Of a stretch of 64,000 nucleotides of DNA, positions 59,909 through 64,000 are shown in pieces. How positions within the stretch are numbered: position 1 is the stretch's first letter; every line of letters begins with the position of its first letter. Origin of the DNA: the human T2T-CHM13v2.0 reference genome, Homo sapiens; assembly GCF_009914755.1 (NCBI RefSeq), contig NC_060939.1. The stretch is one strand, 5' to 3'. The notes under the pieces are model-generated. The model was not told where the DNA came from and searched no databases. It saw nothing but the letters and a program-made list of their open reading frames with translations. Position numbers and translations under genes: made by a program.

Positions 59909-62900
59909 TGAAAAGGGAAGGCAGATGGACATAAGGCCATGCACTGCACTATCAGTGCATGAAGAAGCAGGAAACAGCACAGCTTTGAAGGGGCAGGTCC
60001 TTCCAGGGGTCAGATCTAATACCTCTCCGCATAGAACCCTGTGTTTAAAGGTAATCATGAAAACAGGCTTCTACCTGCTCTGCAGCTCTGTTTCAGTAAG
60101 CCTATTCTTCATAATTTCCAGGTTGTGGAATTATCCACCTAAATTTCCTTCACATAAATGGTGCTTGATGAATAAAAGTACAGTGCAGATTATGTCCCTT
60201 GATGGTACCTCTAATCTTCTGTAATAATGTGGGTGATGATTACTGTTTATGTTATCCAAGGTAAAAATGGATTTGTATGTGTATACGTGTGATTTTTGAT
60301 TTAGAAGTGGAAAGGGAGGGGAAATGGAACCGCTGAGTCAGAAAGCTAGATTGGAGAAATGGATTAGCACTGATTATTTCTGATTATTTCAATCCTGTAC
60401 ATGAGGTAAATGCATTAGAAAACCACGTGATTTTCACATTTTAATATTTGATTTCTGAATTTCTGCAAGTGATAAGTAAAAAAAAAACAGCATGCAGCAG
60501 ATGTTATTTTATGTTCTGTTTATCAAGTGGAGACAGTTCCAAAGAGCACAGGGATTACTGGCATAAAAGTGGAGTGTTAAGTTTCAGTTTCTCTTTCAGG
60601 TTGCCACCTTCCAGGTAACAGAAACAGAAGTTCTATCTTCAGACATTTACATCCCTCATTTTCTGTTTCCAAAACTCATCCATGTCTACCCTATTCCCTG
60701 TCCATTTCTGTTGCTGTTAACCATGCTGTTGATTATAAAATTGTGGATACTTGAGGTATAAATAATGGATTAATGGTTTGTAGACCAAGTGCAGTGCTGG
60801 TTTTTTCTAGTGACATCCTGGCACCTCCTGGGAACCAGAGTGGGAAGGATTTCTTCTCTGGGCTTCCACATGTATGAAATATTCCTTTCTATCATAGATA
60901 CCACAGTGTGGCTTCTACTAGTATCCATTTTAAAGTGTCATTTACTTTCTGAGGAAAAAGTGAGGGAAAAAATCCATGCACAATAGGTGCAATACCTTTA
61001 TATTTTTTATTTTTACGTATATATTCATTTAATATCTCAGAGTCAGTTGGGTTCAGCTAAAATCTTTATTCATCGGTTTGTCATAAGCCTTAATTATTAA
61101 CCTTTACTCTTAACATGTAGTCATTCTGGTCACAGATATACCTACCACGATGGGTTTTCTTTCTGTTTTTGTAACTATTGGTTTCATATTATTGCTATCT
61201 TCCTTTGAACTTTTTATAAAGAGCATCTCATGTGGGAGATTCTGTATGTTTCTTGTTAAGGCAGATGTCAGTCCCCTTATGTGGGTGGCTTCAAGAATAT
61301 GTGAATATAAGTCCACATATTTGATGACAGTGGGGAATAAAGGAGCAACAAGAGGATTTCTTCTAAAAGGCACTTCTTCTCAGGAGTTGGTCTCAAAATT
61401 AATCTGTGTAGGACTGCATGCGTTGGTGGTAATCATAAAAACAGGCTTTGAGGACTCTTCTCGACACATCCAGATGAAGCAGCCTCCTTTTTCTGGGCAT
61501 AGTCTGCCTCCCTGCAGCCTTTTATGACCACACCTCTCTAACCAACTCTTTTGTGGGGTACTTTTAAAATTAAATGTACAAGACTCTTTAGTCTCTGGTT
61601 TGTAGCCCCTCACAACCTCCTCATCACGAGTTGCAGAATTAAGCCCAGTGAATCCATATTCTTACTTGCATTAAGGGGATGAATGAGTTACTTACCTGCA
61701 GTGCAGATTACCCTAAAAACGTGGATTTAAATAACTGAAATCCACCAGAAAGGGAGGAAAGACTTGAAAAGCTTACAGTATTCACAGTTCTTTCTTTTCT
61801 GTATCCTCTATCTCACTCTCCACTAAGAATTCAGAGTGAAGAAAATACTTAAAATCCAGGTATATTCTGCTTGGATGAGATCTTTGTGGGTCCCATTTTG
61901 GGGTGTTTCTGATTTGAAGCTTCATAGAAATGATGGGGAGCCATGAGGTCATTGTCTCCCTAGTGAAACAGTGGAGAGTAAACATAGTGAAACTGTAGAC
62001 TAAACCTGTTTGTGTGCAACAGAGAGGGCATATGTTGCAGTAATGTCAGAAAGCTATACATTACGCAAAAACAGCTAATGGCCAGGTGCTGCATTACCTT
62101 CCTAGTGTTATGGTTGTAAGGCCAGTAAAACGAAAACCTCAGCTGACAAGCGATCTTTATAGCTCATCTAGGCCAATGCATGGTATGCTTGTATGTATGT
62201 GTGTATTTGTGCATGCACATGTGAAAGACAGAGAAATAAAGAGCATGTTAGTAAGGGAGAACAGAAGGTATCTGAAAGACAAAATAAGCATATTTATAAA
62301 ATTGGAGACATAATGGGATTGGGTCAGTGTTTCCATCTCTTTACTAGTGGTGCATGTCTGTAGAAATGTATTTTGCAAAGGTTCTCAATTTTCCTTGATT
62401 CACATGACTTATACAGACCTTAAAATGGATAATGATGGATCATAATGAGAGACAGAAGGCGAGTCAGACAGGGAAGCAGCTGGAGACTAGAAGTGATGGA
62501 AGGGCACTGATCCTCAAAGTGCTAAGGCATTTTAATCACCTCAGACTTGGTCTCAAGTGCTAGCACCTTCAGAGACTAATAACTGTGATCCTTAGCAAAA
62601 GAAAATTGGGCTTGTGACATCTTGAATAGGGGAAAAATGACACTTCTTGTTTTTAGGTACAAATGAGACACTTAGGCAGTCCAGAGCAAGACAGCCCTGT
62701 AGGAATTTCCTCAGGGGGTAGGTAATAGATCAATGTACTTTATCACTGCCTGGGTCCTGAAACTAGTCTCCTTTTCCCACATAAAGAGCTCATGAGGAGA
62801 ACAGTGCCAGAATATGCCATTTTGGGAGAACTGAAATTGAAATTTTCCGGTTAAAATTCATTTAATAAGCTTTTCTCATAGACCTTTTAAATCTCAAATG

Positions 62901-63360
62901 TTAAAAGGAAGGAAACAGAAAGACAGAACTGCTAATTCAGTGGCACTGTATTATCTAAGACATTCACTTTAACCTATGACCAAAGTCATTCATTCTACCA
63001 TTTTTGTTCTCTTCATGTAAAAGGAAAATTCAGTTAGAATATAACAACCTTCTGGGCTTTTCTGTCCGTTTTCTCTCTCTTCCCTTGATCCTCATGCTGG
63101 ATAAATGCTTCACTAGAAGATATCTCCCTTGGTGGTTGAGCCAAGTGGACATGTCAGTTTTGTGAATTTACATGATTCTTCCAGGAAACATGATAATGAT
63201 TCTGAAAATAATACTTGATCCAAACTTTATAACTTAAGACTGTTTTTCTGGCTCTGTAACTTAGAGCAAGAAAGTCTTTCAGTAGTAATTTCAGTTAATC
63301 AAACAGTTTCATGGATGAAATGAATGTTCATGTAATACTGTTCACTTGCCCCAGACCTGC

Positions 63361-63410
63361 CTGTGTGTGTATGTCTGTGTGTGTGTGTATGTCTGTGTGT
63401 GTGTGTGTGT
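63361..63410. repeat. Interrupted (TG)n with a higher-order c(tg)ntatgt unit
   Basis: Directly visible. Confidence 0.93.
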
Positions 63411-64000
63411 AATGCAAAGTGAATGAAAATACACTATAACCTGGATAACTGGCCAAAAGACACAAATGAAATTCATTCAGACTAGAGGCACAGGAAATTC
63501 AGTGCCTAAGAATGAGGGGATACATGAAATAACAGACAGAGATATTTAGCATGGTACTATATCCCTGTTTCTACAAACAACTGTCACCTTCAATATAGGA
63601 AAGCTTTCTGAGTGTGTCTCTCCTACAACCAACACTGCTGAGCAGTCATTCTTGATGCAACACCGCCTACCTCCACCCCAACTCATTAATTCACTGCTGC
63701 TATAAGTTTTGCAGGTAACAACTCACATCTGTACCCTTCTCCAGAAGCTTGCCCTTTGGTGATTGGATCTGCCTCACCCTGAGGCAGCCAGGAACCCAAG
63801 ACTGAGTGGTCTGAGTGTGTGAGTGGGTGGGAGGTGGTGGTAATAAAGCTCTACCACTTTGTTGCCACAAGGCAGGCAGTCTTGACAGTACAAATGTTTA
63901 TGTTTCAGAAGTCCTGTGGTATCAGGTTGAAGCTAGATATCACCTGAAATCACATCTTTACTTAGCCTCTCTCCTCCATCCTAATTTTCTCACTTCTTCT

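Overview
This window is AT-rich, CpG-depleted primate genomic DNA. It is almost certainly human, because it carries a near-consensus AluYa5. It looks intergenic or deep-intronic: I could not support any host protein-coding gene, RNA gene, CRISPR array or prokaryotic system. More than half of it is interspersed repeat: L1s of several ages, seven Alus, a full-length THE1 provirus nested in an L1, solo LTRs (MST, MER66-like, MLT2-like, LTR33, LTR16-like), an ERVL pol relic, DNA transposons (MER6, MER44, MER3, MER47-like), MIR/L2 fragments and microsatellites. The most unusual structure is a TSD-bounded L1PA3-type insertion at 28492-31337. A nearly complete 5'UTR is fused back-to-back to the ORF2 3' end and poly(A), with about 3.3 kb missing, so the antisense promoter and an open ORF0 point into the ORF2 C-terminus and the element's own poly(A) tail. 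The second is a TSD-bounded L1PA 3' fragment at 732-1950 whose middle is replaced by an inverted, older L1MA segment carrying a solo LTR. All repeat subfamily calls come from recalled consensus sequences, not a RepeatMasker run, and boundaries of the old elements are approximate.
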